The notes below the pieces were generated by a model. The model made no database searches and was not told where the DNA came from. It saw only the letters and a program-made list of their open reading frames with translations. From the NCBI GenBank assembly GCA_002737705.1, contig NSIM01000008.1, positions 606-64,605 on the forward strand: a stretch of 64,000 bases of DNA, given 5' to 3'. The position numbers and the translations under genes were made by a program. Each line of letters begins with the position of its first letter. Within the stretch, counting starts at the first letter, position 1. Below are positions 51,757-63,472 of this stretch, piece by piece. The stretch is from Flavobacteriales bacterium (lineage in GTDB: Bacteria > Bacteroidota > Bacteroidia > NS11-12g > UBA955).

Positions 51757-52209
51757 ATGACAGTATCGGAATACAATAAATGCGTGGAGCTGCACAGCCA
51801 TGCAATTTTCCGATTCGCACTCAAACAAATGCGCAATGCCGATGATGCCAAAGAAATAGTGCAAATCAGTTTCGAAAAACTCTGGATGAAACACGAGAAC
51901 GTAGATATCAACACTATTTTATATACCTTCATGTACAAAATTCAGCTGATCTTACAATTCAAACCACACCCGTTGGCACATACCGGATACCTGGTTAGCG
52001 CTCATGTAAAACTGAAAGAATCAAGGGGCCATACCACCAAGCGATACGATGATTTCAACCTCAACAATTTTATCTTATCCCCGTTTTTGAATGAAGAATA
52101 CAAAGATGTTGGCCTGTACGTGCGCTATCTGTTAACCAACATTTTCAAGGCCAGACAAGGCGCGAACAGTCAATGCCTTCAATTTGGCATTGCCTTGAAA
52201 TTTACCTAA
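51757..52209 (+). pseudogene. Chimeric remnant: ECF sigma N-terminus (~50 aa) fused to an outer-membrane beta-barrel C-terminus
   Basis: MTVSEYNKCV...IFRFA...DDAKEIVQISFEKLW (sigma region 2, truncated, no region 4), then YDDFNLN...GLYVRY.LTNIFK..QG...QFGIALKFT. Confidence 0.65.
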
Positions 52210-52324
52210 ACCCCATTGGGTATAAATATGCCGTCAGATCTTTTTGCAAGAGACGGGGCGCAACAGGGCTCTTTTTACATATCCATCCCCCACTTATTCC
52301 TATCTTTGCAGCCACAACAAACCC

Positions 52325-53146
52325 ATGAGCCAACGTCAGTGGACCCCCATCAAAACCTATTCAGACATTCTGTTTGAACACCATGGCAACATCGCCAAAG
52401 TGAGCATCAACCGCCCCGAAGTGTACAATGCATTTCGCCCGCAAACCATCGTGGACATGCTAGACGCTTTTGATATATGCAGGGAGAGGGCAGACATTGG
52501 TGTGGTGATTCTCACCGGTGTGGGAGACAAGGCCTTCTGCTCTGGAGGCGACCAAAACGTAAAAGGAATTGGAGGCTATGTAGACGAAAATGGGGTACCA
52601 CGCCTCAATGTATTGGATCTGCACAAGAAAATTCGATCTCTGCCAAAGCCCGTGGTAGCCATGGTAAACGGTTATGCCATCGGAGGTGGCCACGTACTGC
52701 ATGTAGTGTGTGACCTTACCATCGCCGCTGAACATGCCAAATTCGGACAAACCGGCCCCAAAGTGGGTAGCTTTGATGGAGGATTCGGTAGCAGCTACTT
52801 AGCCAGACACGTGGGTCAGAAAAAAGCCCGCGAAATCTGGTTCTTATGCCGTCAATACACTGCCGAAGAATCGGAAAAAATGGGAATGGTTAACAAAGTG
52901 GTTTCCCTTGAAATGCTAGAAGATGAAACCATCGAGTGGTGCAATACCATGTTAGAACACTCACCGATGGCCCTGCGCATGCTCAAACGCGCCTTCAATG
53001 CCGAACTCGATGGCCAACACGGACTGATGGAACTCGCCGGAGATGCCACACTCTTATACTATTTAACCGAAGAAGCACAAGAGGGAAAACAGGCATTTTT
53101 AGAAAAACGCAAGCCCGATTTCAAGCAGTTTCCAAAGTTTCCCTAA
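52325..53146 (+). CDS. menB: 1,4-dihydroxy-2-naphthoyl-CoA synthase
   Basis: [15 protein letters not shown] and [15 protein letters not shown]; -7 box TATCTTTG at 52301. Confidence 0.96.
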   Translation: MSQRQWTPIKTYSDILFEHHGNIAKVSINRPEVYNAFRPQTIVDMLDAFDICRERADIGVVILTGVGDKAFCSGGDQNVKGIGGYVDENGVPRLNVLDLHKKIRSLPKPVVAMVNGYAIGGGHVLHVVCDLTIAAEHAKFGQTGPKVGSFDGGFGSSYLARHVGQKKAREIWFLCRQYTAEESEKMGMVNKVVSLEMLEDETIEWCNTMLEHSPMALRMLKRAFNAELDGQHGLMELAGDATLLYYLTEEAQEGKQAFLEKRKPDFKQFPKFP

Positions 53147-53317
53147 GGCCGATTTTCCGGAATTCTTTATGGATATTCTGCAACCCCTGCATATTGTGTA
53201 TATTCATTGGATTGGGGAAACGCGACAATTACGACAGGCTGTTTACCCGCTACCTCTCCTTTTTGTATTCCTCCCAAAAATCGTAACTTTGCCCCAATAA
53301 AATCAATAGTATTTCAA

Positions 53318-54538
53318 ATGAAAATTAAAGTCGAAAACCCCGTAGTAGAATTGGATGGCGATGAAATGACCCGCATCATCTGGCGTTTTATTAAAGACAA
53401 ACTGATCCTTCCTTACCTCGATATAGACATTAAATACTTCGACTTGGGCATGGAATACCGCGACACAACCAACGACCAAGTAACCGTTGACGCCGCAGAA
53501 GCCATCAAACTTTACAATGTCGGTATTAAATGTGCTACCATCACCCCGGATGAAGAACGGGTTAAAGAATTTAACTTGAAACAAATGTGGCGGAGTCCAA
53601 ACGGAACCGTGCGCAATATTCTCGATGGTACTGTTTTCCGTGAACCCATAGTTTGCAAAAACGTACCCCGTTTGGTTCCCAACTGGACCGCTCCAATTTG
53701 TATCGGACGACATGCTTTTGGAGACCAATATCGTGCTACGGATTTTGTAACCAAAGGCAAAGGGAAACTAACCATCAAATTCGAGGGCGAAAATGGACAA
53801 GTAATTGAGCATGAAGTCTATAATTTTGGTGGAGATGGCATTGCTTTGGCGATGTATAATACCGATGATAGTATTCGAGGATTTGCACGCGCTTGCTTTA
53901 CTATGGCTGTCAAGAAAATGTGGCCCTTGTATTTGAGCACCAAGAATACCATTCTCAAAAAATACGACGGTCGTTTCAAAGACATATTTGAAGAGATCTA
54001 CCATACAGAATTTAAGGAAATTATGGACTCTAAAGGAATTTCCTATGAACACCGCCTCATTGATGACATGGTCGCGAGTGCAATGAAATGGAATGGCAAC
54101 TTTGTTTGGGCCTGTAAAAACTACGATGGCGACGTTCAATCTGATACAGTTGCCCAAGGTTTTGGTTCTTTGGGATTGATGACCAGTGTATTAATCACTC
54201 CCGATGGGAAAACCATGGAGGCAGAAGCCGCACACGGAACCGTTACACGACACTACCGCATGCACCAAAAAGGTCAAAAAACCAGTACCAATCCCATTGC
54301 CAGTATTTTTGCTTGGACACGCGGATTAGAACACCGGGGGAAATTGGACGGAAACACAGCCTTAATCTCCTTTTGTCACACCTTAGAACAAGTGTGTATT
54401 GATGTGGTGGAAAGCGGAAAAATGACCAAAGATTTGGCGGTTTGTATCTATGGCAACAAGGTGTCAGAAGATCAATACTTGCATACTGAAGAGTTTCTTG
54501 AGGCACTGAATGCCGAATTGAAAATTCGGTTGGCTTAA
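53318..54538 (+). CDS. icd: NADP-dependent isocitrate dehydrogenase
   Basis: [33 protein letters not shown] and [10 protein letters not shown]; -7 box at 53284. Confidence 0.96.
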   Translation: MKIKVENPVVELDGDEMTRIIWRFIKDKLILPYLDIDIKYFDLGMEYRDTTNDQVTVDAAEAIKLYNVGIKCATITPDEERVKEFNLKQMWRSPNGTVRNILDGTVFREPIVCKNVPRLVPNWTAPICIGRHAFGDQYRATDFVTKGKGKLTIKFEGENGQVIEHEVYNFGGDGIALAMYNTDDSIRGFARACFTMAVKKMWPLYLSTKNTILKKYDGRFKDIFEEIYHTEFKEIMDSKGISYEHRLIDDMVASAMKWNGNFVWACKNYDGDVQSDTVAQGFGSLGLMTSVLITPDGKTMEAEAAHGTVTRHYRMHQKGQKTSTNPIASIFAWTRGLEHRGKLDGNTALISFCHTLEQVCIDVVESGKMTKDLAVCIYGNKVSEDQYLHTEEFLEALNAELKIRLA

Positions 54539-55653
54539 AACAAATTTTTGAGTTTGTCAAAAAATGATTTTTCCTTTTCAGCAGGGTTGAAATTGTGTAA
54601 TTTTCCGATTTTTTCGAGCATCTCTTTTTCTTCAACACTCAACTTAACAGGGACATATACATTGACCACTATCAATTGATCACCCGTTTTATATCCATTA
54701 ATTTCAGGAAATCCTTTCCCTTTTAAACGCAACATTTTTCCGGGTTGGGTACCTGCATCAATTTTAATGCGCACCATGCCCTCGAGGGTTTCCACCTCTA
54801 TACTATCGCCCAAGGCAGCCTGCGAAAAACTCACCCACAAATGAAGTATAACATTGTCTCCATCACGGGTAAGATGTTCGTGCTCGATGCCCTCAATTAA
54901 CACCATTAAATCACCTGCAGATCCTCCACCAGGGCCATAATTCCCCTTTCCATTGATGCTCAATTGCATGCTTTCAGCAACACCTGCCGGAATACGAATC
55001 ACGGTTTCAATTTCCTGAGAAATCAATCCCTGTTCATTCGCTTCTTTGGGTTTGCTTTCAATTATCTTCCCGATACCCTGACAAACAGGACACGCACTGT
55101 TGGTAGCCATTTGGCCTAAAAATGTATTTTGTACCCTCCGCACAGCACCCGTTCCATTGCAATGTTTACAATTGCCGTAGTGGACACCTTCGGCCTGAAC
55201 CATGCGGCGATATTTGACTGTTTTTTCTACCCCAGCCTTCATTTCAGTCAAGGTTAGTTTAATTTTTATTCGAATATTAGAACCCGAAGAACGGCGTGAT
55301 CTACCGCCCCCTTGACCCCCAAAAAAAGATCCAAAAACACTGTCATCCCCGCCAAAAACATCTCCAAATTGCGAGAAAATATCGTCCATGCTAAAGCCAT
55401 GAGATCCACCACCTCCGCCACCACTAGCACCCATCCCCGCATGTCCAAACTGGTCATACCGTTGTTTTTTTTCGGGATTACTCAATACATCATACGCACT
55501 GGCAGCCTCTTTAAACATCTCTTCGGCCTGCTTATCTCCCTGGTTTTTATCAGGATGGTATTTGATTGCCAATTTTCGGTATGCCTTTTTTATTTCTTCG
55601 GCACTAGAAGATTTAGAAACACCCAGTACATCATAAAAATCTTTCTTGCTCAT
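54535..55653 (-). CDS. dnaJ: Chaperone DnaJ
   Basis: J domain with HPD, G/F region and two CxxCxGxG motifs. Confidence 0.95.
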   Translation of the reverse strand: MSKKDFYDVLGVSKSSSAEEIKKAYRKLAIKYHPDKNQGDKQAEEMFKEAASAYDVLSNPEKKQRYDQFGHAGMGASGGGGGGSHGFSMDDIFSQFGDVFGGDDSVFGSFFGGQGGGRSRRSSGSNIRIKIKLTLTEMKAGVEKTVKYRRMVQAEGVHYGNCKHCNGTGAVRRVQNTFLGQMATNSACPVCQGIGKIIESKPKEANEQGLISQEIETVIRIPAGVAESMQLSINGKGNYGPGGGSAGDLMVLIEGIEHEHLTRDGDNVILHLWVSFSQAALGDSIEVETLEGMVRIKIDAGTQPGKMLRLKGKGFPEINGYKTGDQLIVVNVYVPVKLSVEEKEMLEKIGKLHNFNPAEKEKSFFDKLKNLF

Positions 55654-55670
55654 GTCAATGTATCCATAAA

Positions 55671-56240
55671 TTAGCTACCGATTACCACCTTCGCAAAACG
55701 AATTACCTTGTCGCTAAGAAAATACCCCTTTTCTACCTCATCAATCACCTTTCCCTTGAGATCTGGGGAAGGTGCTGGAAATTGGGTAATGGCTTCATGA
55801 ACCTCAACATCAAAAAGTTTTCCAATGCTATCCATGGATTTTAATCCTGTTTTTTGAAGAATCCCCATCAATTTTTTGTTGATGAGATCAAATCCCTCTA
55901 CTGCCTTTTTTTCAGTTTCTGACAAATTTTCCATGGCCTTGATGGCCCTTTCTAAATCGTCAATCACTGGAAGCAAATTTACGACTAGCTCTTTTGAGGC
56001 CGTTTGCATCCATTCCAAACGGTCTTTGGTAGTCCGGCGGCGAAAATTCTCAAACTCACTGTAAAGGCGAATATATTTGTCTCGTTCAATCTCCAACTGC
56101 ATTTCCGGGCTTGTCACCTCCACAGATGGTGCTTCTGACACGTCTGTAACATCGGTATTTTCGACAGTACTTTGATTGCTCAATTCTTCTAAAGACAAAT
56201 CAGTATCTTTTTTCTTTGGGTTAACATTATTCTTCGCCAT
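55671..56240 (-). CDS. grpE: Nucleotide exchange factor GrpE
   Basis: [24 protein letters not shown] and KGY...IRFAKV. Confidence 0.95.
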   Translation of the reverse strand: MAKNNVNPKKKDTDLSLEELSNQSTVENTDVTDVSEAPSVEVTSPEMQLEIERDKYIRLYSEFENFRRRTTKDRLEWMQTASKELVVNLLPVIDDLERAIKAMENLSETEKKAVEGFDLINKKLMGILQKTGLKSMDSIGKLFDVEVHEAITQFPAPSPDLKGKVIDEVEKGYFLSDKVIRFAKVVIGS

Positions 56241-56255
56241 TGCGATGCTCCTTAA

Positions 56256-56296
56256 ACAACTTTATTGCCAAAATGCGTAAATTGTCATTCTGTCAG
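56256..56296 (-). promoter_or_regulatory. Sigma54-like -24/-12 element with upstream TGACA repeat for grpE-dnaJ
   Basis: Minus strand reads CTGACAGAATGACA...TGGCAA-TAAAG-TTGT, versus consensus TGGCAC-N5-TTGC. Confidence 0.45.
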
Positions 56297-56346
56297 ACCA
56301 ACTTTTTCGAATAATTATTGTTAGTTTGTTTTTTAACCATACCAAA

Positions 56347-56931
56347 ATGTTTACTGGAATTATAGAAAGTCAAGCGCAGGTTTTGCTTATAAAAGCCGAA
56401 TTGCACAATGTTCACATTAAATTTTCTAGCACGATTACCCCAGAACTCAATGTTAATCAAAGCCTTTCACACAATGGCGTTTGTTTAACAGTTACCCAAA
56501 TTGAAGAAGATGGGTATTGGGTTACAGCCATAAACGAAACCCTGGTCTGCACCCAACTTGGTTCACTTATAGTGGGTGACTATGTAAACATAGAGCGATG
56601 CCTCCTCCTGAATGGAAGGTTTGATGGACATGTAGTCCAAGGTCATGTAGATTGCAAGGGTCTGGTTGAAGAAATTTCTGAACAAGGTGGCAGTTGGGTT
56701 CTCAGAATACTTCATCCCAGAGATGCTGGCATGACAGTCAAAAAAGGCAGTGTCTGTTTAAATGGCATCAGCCTTACTGTGGTAGACAGCTTTCTGGAAG
56801 CGTTCAGCGTAGCCATTATACCCTATACTTGGGAAAACAGCAATGTTTCATCACTTCGTATAGGCGACCCCGTGAATATAGAATTTGATATTTACGGCAA
56901 ATACATCCAAAAAATGATGGGGCATGAATGA
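56347..56931 (+). CDS. ribE: Riboflavin synthase (alpha type)
   Basis: MFTGII, NGVCLT, GHVVQGHVD, NGISLT and VNIEFD. Confidence 0.95.
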   Translation: MFTGIIESQAQVLLIKAELHNVHIKFSSTITPELNVNQSLSHNGVCLTVTQIEEDGYWVTAINETLVCTQLGSLIVGDYVNIERCLLLNGRFDGHVVQGHVDCKGLVEEISEQGGSWVLRILHPRDAGMTVKKGSVCLNGISLTVVDSFLEAFSVAIIPYTWENSNVSSLRIGDPVNIEFDIYGKYIQKMMGHE

Positions 56932-57170
56932 GCTCGAATACACAGGCAAACAAAAATATTTTCATGGTATCATCAAACTCAAAATCACAAGGTAAACGAT
57001 TACTTCCATTGCGTGACAACCTTGCAAAAGAAAACATCCAATCGCAGACAGCACTATGGTACCTTAAGCAAACCCAAATGCCACCTAAAAATAGAAATGC
57101 AAAAACAAAGATTACATCAATTGGCATATCTTTGTAGAAAGAAATTTACTGATACAATATATAGCGATTT

Positions 57171-57845
57171 ATGAAACTTTTCTCCTTCCTTTTTACCTCT
57201 AGTATTGGTCGGAAAATACTAATGTCGGTCACTGGATTGTCTTTGGTGGCTTTTTTATTGGTGCACTGCAGCATCAATGCCTGTATTTTTTTTAACGACC
57301 ACGGAAAAACCTTTAACGAAGCGGCTGCATTTATGGGCAATAACTGGTTGATACGGACTGCAGAAATAGGTTTGTTTGTTGGCCTATTATTGCACAGCTT
57401 TCAGGGACTATATCTTTGGGCAAGCAATGGCCAAAAACGAAAACAGAAATACCATTCTACACCAGGAAATGCCAACAGCAAATGGTATTCTCGCAGCATG
57501 GGTATTCTCGGCAGCTTGCTGTTGTTATTTTTGGTTTTACACCTCAGTCATTTTTGGGTAGTCAGCCGTTTTACGGATGAACTTTCCGAAACGGGTAGCA
57601 ACACATTGTTTCATAAAATGTCTCTGATTTTCAAATCTCCGGTTCTTGTTATAGTTTATGTAATAGGGTGCATAAGTTTGGCTTATCACCTCTTACATGG
57701 TTTCCAAAGCGGCTTCCAATCATTGGGATTCAACCATCCTTTATTAAATCCAATAATCAAAAATTTTGGTATCGTATTTTCTCTTTTAATTCCTCTCATT
57801 TTTGCGTCAATGCCTATTGTCATGTATTTGGGTTGGATAAAATAA
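57171..57845 (+). CDS. sdhC: Succinate dehydrogenase/fumarate reductase cytochrome b subunit
   Basis: [13 protein letters not shown], heme-ligand His residues and [11 protein letters not shown]. Confidence 0.93.
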   Translation: MKLFSFLFTSSIGRKILMSVTGLSLVAFLLVHCSINACIFFNDHGKTFNEAAAFMGNNWLIRTAEIGLFVGLLLHSFQGLYLWASNGQKRKQKYHSTPGNANSKWYSRSMGILGSLLLLFLVLHLSHFWVVSRFTDELSETGSNTLFHKMSLIFKSPVLVIVYVIGCISLAYHLLHGFQSGFQSLGFNHPLLNPIIKNFGIVFSLLIPLIFASMPIVMYLGWIK

Positions 57846-57865
57846 ATTCATTAATTGTAAACACG

Positions 57866-59845
57866 ATGAAACTCGATTCAAAAATTCCCAAGGGTTCTAT
57901 TTCTGATAAATGGACCCAATACCGCAGTTCTGTCTCTTTGGTTAACCCTTCCAATAAACGAAATCTCGAAATAATTGTAGTGGGAACAGGTCTGGCGGGT
58001 GCCAGTGCTGCTTCCTCACTGGCCGAATTGGGATACAAGGTCAAAGCTTTTTGCTTTCAAGATAGCCCCAGACGGGCGCATTCAATTGCTGCCCAAGGGG
58101 GAATCAACGCGGCCAAAAACTACCAAAATGATGGTGATTCTGTGTATCGTTTATTTTATGATACCATTAAGGGTGGCGATTATCGTTCACGTGAAGCCAA
58201 TGTTCATCGTTTGGCTGAGGTTTCAACCAGTATTATTGACCAATGTGTCGCTCAGGGTGTTCCCTTTGCCCGTGAATACGGCGGAACTCTCAGCAATCGT
58301 TCATTTGGAGGCACACAAGTTCAACGAACTTTTTATGCAGCTGGTCAAACAGGGCAGCAATTGTTACTCGGTGCATACAGTGGCCTAGAAAGACAAGTGG
58401 GTTTGGGAAATATAAAAATGTATGCCCGCCACGAAATGGTAGAAGTGGTAAAAATTGATGGCAAAGCACAAGGAATTATTGCACGAAACCTAATCACGGG
58501 AGAACTAGAGCGACATTTTGGCCATGCCGTTTTGCTGTGCACAGGTGGATACGGAAATGTATTCTATCTTTCCACGAATGCGATGGGCAGCAATGTTACC
58601 GCAGCCTGGAAAGCCCATAAAGCGGGTGCCTTTTTTGGCAATCCTTGCTTCACCCAAATACATCCTACCTGTATCCCGGTTTCGGGTCATTACCAATCGA
58701 AATTAACCTTAATGAGTGAATCTCTTCGGAATGATGGGCGCATTTGGGTTCCCAAGATAAAAGACGATACCCGCAATCCAAACACTATTCCAGAAGAAGA
58801 ACGCGACTATTATTTGGAGCGTCGATACCCCGCATTCGGCAATTTGGTTCCAAGAGATATCGCATCCCGCGCAGCCAAAGAGCGCTGCGATGCAGGGTTT
58901 GGAGTAGGTCCCAGTAAAATGGCTGTTTACCTCGATTTTAAACACAATTTGATGTATAAATATGGTCAGTCTGAGGCCAGTAAATTGGGCATTTCAAATC
59001 CTGATGACGACACACTTACCCGATTGGGAAAAGCTGTGGTGAAAGAAAAGTACGGCAATTTGTTTGATATGTACAAACAAATTACCGACGAAGATCCCTA
59101 TGAAATACCGATGCGTATATACCCGGCTGTGCATTATACAATGGGAGGCTTGTGGGTTGATTACGACCTAATGACGACAGTTCCAGGCATGTATGCATTG
59201 GGCGAAGCAAATTTTTCCGATCATGGTGCCAACCGATTGGGTGCTTCAGCTTTGATGCAAGGTTTGGCCGATGGATATTTTGTAATACCCTATACAATTG
59301 GTTCTTATCTCAGCAAAGAAATACATACCAAGCCCATCTCGACAGACCATGAAGCATTTGTGGCTGCAGAAAAATTCGCCGCCGATCGAATTTCAATGTT
59401 GATGGAAATTCAAGGTACTCGGAGCGTAGAAAGCTACCACCGTGAATTGGGTTTGATTATGTGGAATAAGTGTGGCATGGCAAGAAATGAACAAGGCTTG
59501 AAAGAAGCCATCGAAGAAATCAAAGAACTTCGTGCAAATTTTTATAAAAATGTACGTATCCCCGGATCAATCAATGAGTTTAATCCAGAACTGGACAAAG
59601 CTGGACGCGTAGCCGACTTTTTGGAATTGGGCGAATTGATGTGTGTAGATGCCCTCGAGCGAGAAGAAAGTTGTGGCGGTCATTTCCGTGAAGAGCACCA
59701 AACCGAAGATGGAGAAGCCCTTCGCAATGACGATACGCACATGTATGTTTCTGCATGGGAACACAAAGAAAATTGCCAATGGGAATTAAACAAAGAAGCA
59801 TTGAACTACGAGAATATCAAAATTCAGCAACGTAGTTATAAATAA
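57866..59845 (+). CDS. sdhA: Succinate dehydrogenase/fumarate reductase flavoprotein
   Basis: [26 protein letters not shown] and [10 protein letters not shown] at 57866. Confidence 0.96.
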   Translation: MKLDSKIPKGSISDKWTQYRSSVSLVNPSNKRNLEIIVVGTGLAGASAASSLAELGYKVKAFCFQDSPRRAHSIAAQGGINAAKNYQNDGDSVYRLFYDTIKGGDYRSREANVHRLAEVSTSIIDQCVAQGVPFAREYGGTLSNRSFGGTQVQRTFYAAGQTGQQLLLGAYSGLERQVGLGNIKMYARHEMVEVVKIDGKAQGIIARNLITGELERHFGHAVLLCTGGYGNVFYLSTNAMGSNVTAAWKAHKAGAFFGNPCFTQIHPTCIPVSGHYQSKLTLMSESLRNDGRIWVPKIKDDTRNPNTIPEEERDYYLERRYPAFGNLVPRDIASRAAKERCDAGFGVGPSKMAVYLDFKHNLMYKYGQSEASKLGISNPDDDTLTRLGKAVVKEKYGNLFDMYKQITDEDPYEIPMRIYPAVHYTMGGLWVDYDLMTTVPGMYALGEANFSDHGANRLGASALMQGLADGYFVIPYTIGSYLSKEIHTKPISTDHEAFVAAEKFAADRISMLMEIQGTRSVESYHRELGLIMWNKCGMARNEQGLKEAIEEIKELRANFYKNVRIPGSINEFNPELDKAGRVADFLELGELMCVDALEREESCGGHFREEHQTEDGEALRNDDTHMYVSAWEHKENCQWELNKEALNYENIKIQQRSYK

Positions 59846-59862
59846 CACTGAGCAAATTTATC

Positions 59863-60618
59863 ATGACTAAATCGATGAAAATAAACTTAAAAGTATGGCG
59901 ACAACGCAATGCTGATGCAGTCGGAAATTTTGCGGACTATACAGTGGATGCTAGCCCTGATATGAGCTTTCTAGAAATGTTTGATGTACTGAATGAGCAA
60001 CTTATCCAAAATGGTCTGGAGCCTGTGGCCTTTGACCACGACTGTAGAGAGGGTATTTGTGGAATGTGCAGTATGGTTATCAATGGCCGGCCGCACGGTC
60101 CAAAACGAGGAGTGACAACTTGCCAACTTCACATGCGCAGTTTCAAAGATGGCGACACAATTTCAGTAGAGCCCTGGAGAGCCAATGCATTTCCTGTTGT
60201 AAAGGACTTAAGTGTAAACCGAAGTGCCTTCGACAGAATTATTTCGGCAGGAGGTTTCATTTCTACAAATACAGGCAATGCCGTCGATGCCAATACCATT
60301 CTCATACAAAAAGAAATAGCCGATGAGGCTTTTAAAGCCGCTACTTGTATTGGATGTGGTGCTTGCGTAAGTGCCTGTAAAAATGCCAGTGCGATGTTGT
60401 TTGTAGGGGCAAAGGTTACACAGCTTTCCCTTTTACCCCAAGGAAAACCCGAAAAGGAATCTCGTGTCGTGGCCATGGTCAACCAAATGGATGCAGAAGG
60501 TTTTGGGGCTTGTACCAATACCGGGGCTTGTTTCGCTGAATGTCCGAAGCAGATTCCATTGAGTGTGATTTCAACCCTGAATCGGGAGTATCTAAGTGCC
60601 AAATTAAGCGGAAAATAA
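59863..60618 (+). CDS. sdhB: Succinate dehydrogenase/fumarate reductase Fe-S subunit
   Basis: [16 protein letters not shown] and [12 protein letters not shown]. Confidence 0.96.
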   Translation: MTKSMKINLKVWRQRNADAVGNFADYTVDASPDMSFLEMFDVLNEQLIQNGLEPVAFDHDCREGICGMCSMVINGRPHGPKRGVTTCQLHMRSFKDGDTISVEPWRANAFPVVKDLSVNRSAFDRIISAGGFISTNTGNAVDANTILIQKEIADEAFKAATCIGCGACVSACKNASAMLFVGAKVTQLSLLPQGKPEKESRVVAMVNQMDAEGFGACTNTGACFAECPKQIPLSVISTLNREYLSAKLSGK

Positions 60619-60855
60619 TTTTTAATTTTTTTGTCTGTGTATGATGGCTTTGCATCACTTTTAGAATTGTGCAGCCGGGTTTGGCATCAGGACTCTAGTT
60701 ACGAATCTCGCCATCCCGACCTGTAAGTGATGTAACATTGTTGAGAGAACCACACTACCCTTCGAAAAAATAATTGAAGTATAAAGCAAAATTTGCATTT
60801 TGAGTTGTTGGGGACAGCCACAACCAGGCATTTGTATCATTGCATTTTGAGTATA

Positions 60856-61659
60856 CTACACAGCAATCGGTGCCTTGATACCCGGCCATGGATCATAATT
60901 TTCGAGGGTAAAATCTTCGAAACTGAATGCAAATAAATCCTTCACTTGTGTATTGAGTTTTAGGGTAGGATATGGCCTTGGTTCGCGTGAAAGTTGAAGG
61001 TTAACTTGTTCTAAATGATTGGTATATATGTGGGCATCACCAAAGGTGTGCACAAAATCTCCAGGTAACAAGCCGCATACCTGAGCCATCATCAGTGTCA
61101 ACAAAGCGTAACTGGCGATATTAAATGGCACCCCCAAAAACAAATCAGCACTGCGCTGGTAGAGTTGACAACTTAGTTTACCACCCGCTACATAAAACTG
61201 AAACATCGTATGGCATGGCATCAATGCCATTTGGTGAATTTCTCCCACATTCCAGGCATTGACAAGAATACGTCTGCTGTCGGGATTGTTTTTTATGAGT
61301 TCCACAGCCTCGACAATCTGGTCTATTGCCCGACCATCCTTGGCTTCCCAAGCCCTCCATTGTTTCCCATAAACAGGGCCTAATTCTCCGTTTTCATCGG
61401 CCCAATCATCCCAAATCTTAACCCCGTTTTCATTTAAATACGCAATATTTGTATCGCCTTTTAAAAACCACAACAGTTCGTAGACAATGCTTTTGAGGTG
61501 CACTTTTTTACTGGTAATCATTGGAAACCCTTTTTGTAAATCAAACCGCAATTGCCCCCCAAAAACACTGATGGTGCCTGTGCCAGTTCGGTCTGATTTG
61601 TGATTGCCGTTCGCCAACACATACTGCAAAAATTCTTCGTATACAAAAGCTGAACTCAT
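60856..61659 (-). CDS. thyA: Thymidylate synthase
   Basis: DRTGTG, ELLWFL, MALMPCH and [17 protein letters not shown] at 61659 preferred. Confidence 0.96.
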   Translation of the reverse strand: MSSAFVYEEFLQYVLANGNHKSDRTGTGTISVFGGQLRFDLQKGFPMITSKKVHLKSIVYELLWFLKGDTNIAYLNENGVKIWDDWADENGELGPVYGKQWRAWEAKDGRAIDQIVEAVELIKNNPDSRRILVNAWNVGEIHQMALMPCHTMFQFYVAGGKLSCQLYQRSADLFLGVPFNIASYALLTLMMAQVCGLLPGDFVHTFGDAHIYTNHLEQVNLQLSREPRPYPTLKLNTQVKDLFAFSFEDFTLENYDPWPGIKAPIAV

Positions 61660-61998
61660 GGATAAAATATATACTGCAATGATACCATCTACAGAGAATA
61701 AATTACCCATTTTACCTGGGTTCTTATTCGAATGTTTTCCACCAATCTACAGGGTTTTTTGAAAAGGCATTTGTTTTTGGGATCGCCCATTCTTCAAAAC
61801 CAATGGCCCCTGACAATACGCGAGAATTGTATACAACACCGCCTTATGCAGGTCTTGAAAAAATGGATTCACTGGCATGGATGGTGTCGGCGTTTGAAAT
61901 ACACTTCTACCCAAAACAGAATGGGAAACCCAATCCAAAAACAGGATATAATTTTCATTTTCGGATATCGAAACGCCCTAATAACATGAAATATCGTG

Positions 61999-62006
61999 TA
62001 AATTTG
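61999..62006 (+). promoter_or_regulatory. -7 box (TAAATTTG) for pdhC
   Basis: TAnnTTTG 15 nt before the ATG. Confidence 0.55.
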
Positions 62007-62020
62007 CAGACAATTGTATT

Positions 62021-63346
62021 ATGGCAGAAGTTGTTAGATTACCCAAAATGAGTGACACCATGACCGAAGGTGTCATCGTTAAATGGAATTATAAAGTGGG
62101 TGACGCAATTAAAAGTGGCGATATTTTGGCCGAGGTAGAGACCGACAAGGCCACCATGGATATGGAAGTTTACGCCAAAGGTGTTCTATTGTATTTGGCC
62201 TTAAAAGAAGGGGATGCAACCCCTGTTGATTCAATTATTGCGGTCGTGGGATCTGTGGGTGAATCCTTTGAAACCTTATTGATTTCATCTGCGAGCACTC
62301 CCCTTTCAATGCCCGTATCCAAATCCGAATTGCCCATTGCTCCACCCGCAATTCTCACCCCGCCAATCGTTCCTGCAATGCCTTCTGTGAACGCATCTAC
62401 TGTAAGTGAAACAATCGTGCCAAGCGAAGTGGATTCTTCCTCCTTCCCCAGTATAGGCAGTGACTCTGAACGGCTGAAAGCCAGTCCACTTGCCAAAAAA
62501 TTGGCAGCTGAAAAAGACATTGATCTCCATCAGATAAATGGTTCTGGAGAAAATGGAAGAATTGTGAAGAAAGACATCGAATCACACATACCCACCATCC
62601 CAAAAAATACTATTTCCTCTTCAATTGCACCAACTACTCCCGTTGCAACCCGGGTGTCTGGTATAGAAAGTTTCCATGAAGTGGCCGTAACGCAAATGCG
62701 CAAAACCATTGCAGCCAGACTAGGAGAAAGTAAATTCAGTGCTCCCCATTTCTATCTCAGCCTAGAAATCAATATGGACAAGGCGTCTATAGCACGTGTG
62801 CAAATGAACGCAGTGAGTGAAGTAAAAATTTCCATGAATGATTTGATTATTAAAGCCGCTGCAGTTGCATTGCGCAGTCATCCCAATATCAATTCTAGTT
62901 GGTTGCAAACCAAAATTAGGTATAACCACCATATTCATATTGGCGTTGCCTTGGCAGTAGAAGAGGGATTGTTGGTTCCTGTGGTTCGTTTTGCCGACTC
63001 AAAATCTTTGGGACAAATTAGTTCGGAAGTAAAAGAATATGGGAAAAAGGCCAAAGAAAAAAAATTGCAGCCCCAAGATTGGTCTGGAAATACCTTTACC
63101 ATCAGCAATTTGGGAATGTTTGGCATCGACGAATTTACGGCCATCATCAATCCTCCGGATGCCTGTATTTTGGCTGTAGGCGCTGTAAAAGACACCGTTG
63201 GAATAATAAACGGAGAAATAATACCCGTAAAAACAATGAAAGTTACACTCAGTTGTGATCACCGTGTTGTTGATGGAACAATGGGCGCCAAGTTTCTTCA
63301 AACCCTGAAAGACTATTTAGAAGAACCCTACCGCTTGCTGGTTTAG
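62021..63346 (+). CDS. pdhC: Pyruvate dehydrogenase E2, dihydrolipoamide acetyltransferase (single lipoyl domain)
   Basis: ETDKATM, ASPLAKKLA...GSGENGRI, TISNLG and DHRVVDG. Confidence 0.94.
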   Translation: MAEVVRLPKMSDTMTEGVIVKWNYKVGDAIKSGDILAEVETDKATMDMEVYAKGVLLYLALKEGDATPVDSIIAVVGSVGESFETLLISSASTPLSMPVSKSELPIAPPAILTPPIVPAMPSVNASTVSETIVPSEVDSSSFPSIGSDSERLKASPLAKKLAAEKDIDLHQINGSGENGRIVKKDIESHIPTIPKNTISSSIAPTTPVATRVSGIESFHEVAVTQMRKTIAARLGESKFSAPHFYLSLEINMDKASIARVQMNAVSEVKISMNDLIIKAAAVALRSHPNINSSWLQTKIRYNHHIHIGVALAVEEGLLVPVVRFADSKSLGQISSEVKEYGKKAKEKKLQPQDWSGNTFTISNLGMFGIDEFTAIINPPDACILAVGAVKDTVGIINGEIIPVKTMKVTLSCDHRVVDGTMGAKFLQTLKDYLEEPYRLLV

Positions 63347-63472
63347 TCTGATTACAGTGTTAAATAGTTCAAAAACCCAATCAAACATTAAACGGTTTTC
63401 GCGTTTGTTCTGTGACCAATTGTGGGTTTATAACCGAATAAAAACGCAGCGCCCTTGCCTTTTTTATCTGCG

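Noticed and set aside
56928-57137. 69-aa ORF coupled to riboflavin synthase
   Set aside because: No recognisable motif, and it probably spans the sdh promoter region; cannot be supported.
60793-60852. Mini CRISPR array
   Set aside because: Only two 13-bp repeats and no cas genes.
61732-62051. Small ORFs between thyA and pdhC
   Set aside because: Mutually overlapping, no motifs, and lying in a divergent promoter region.
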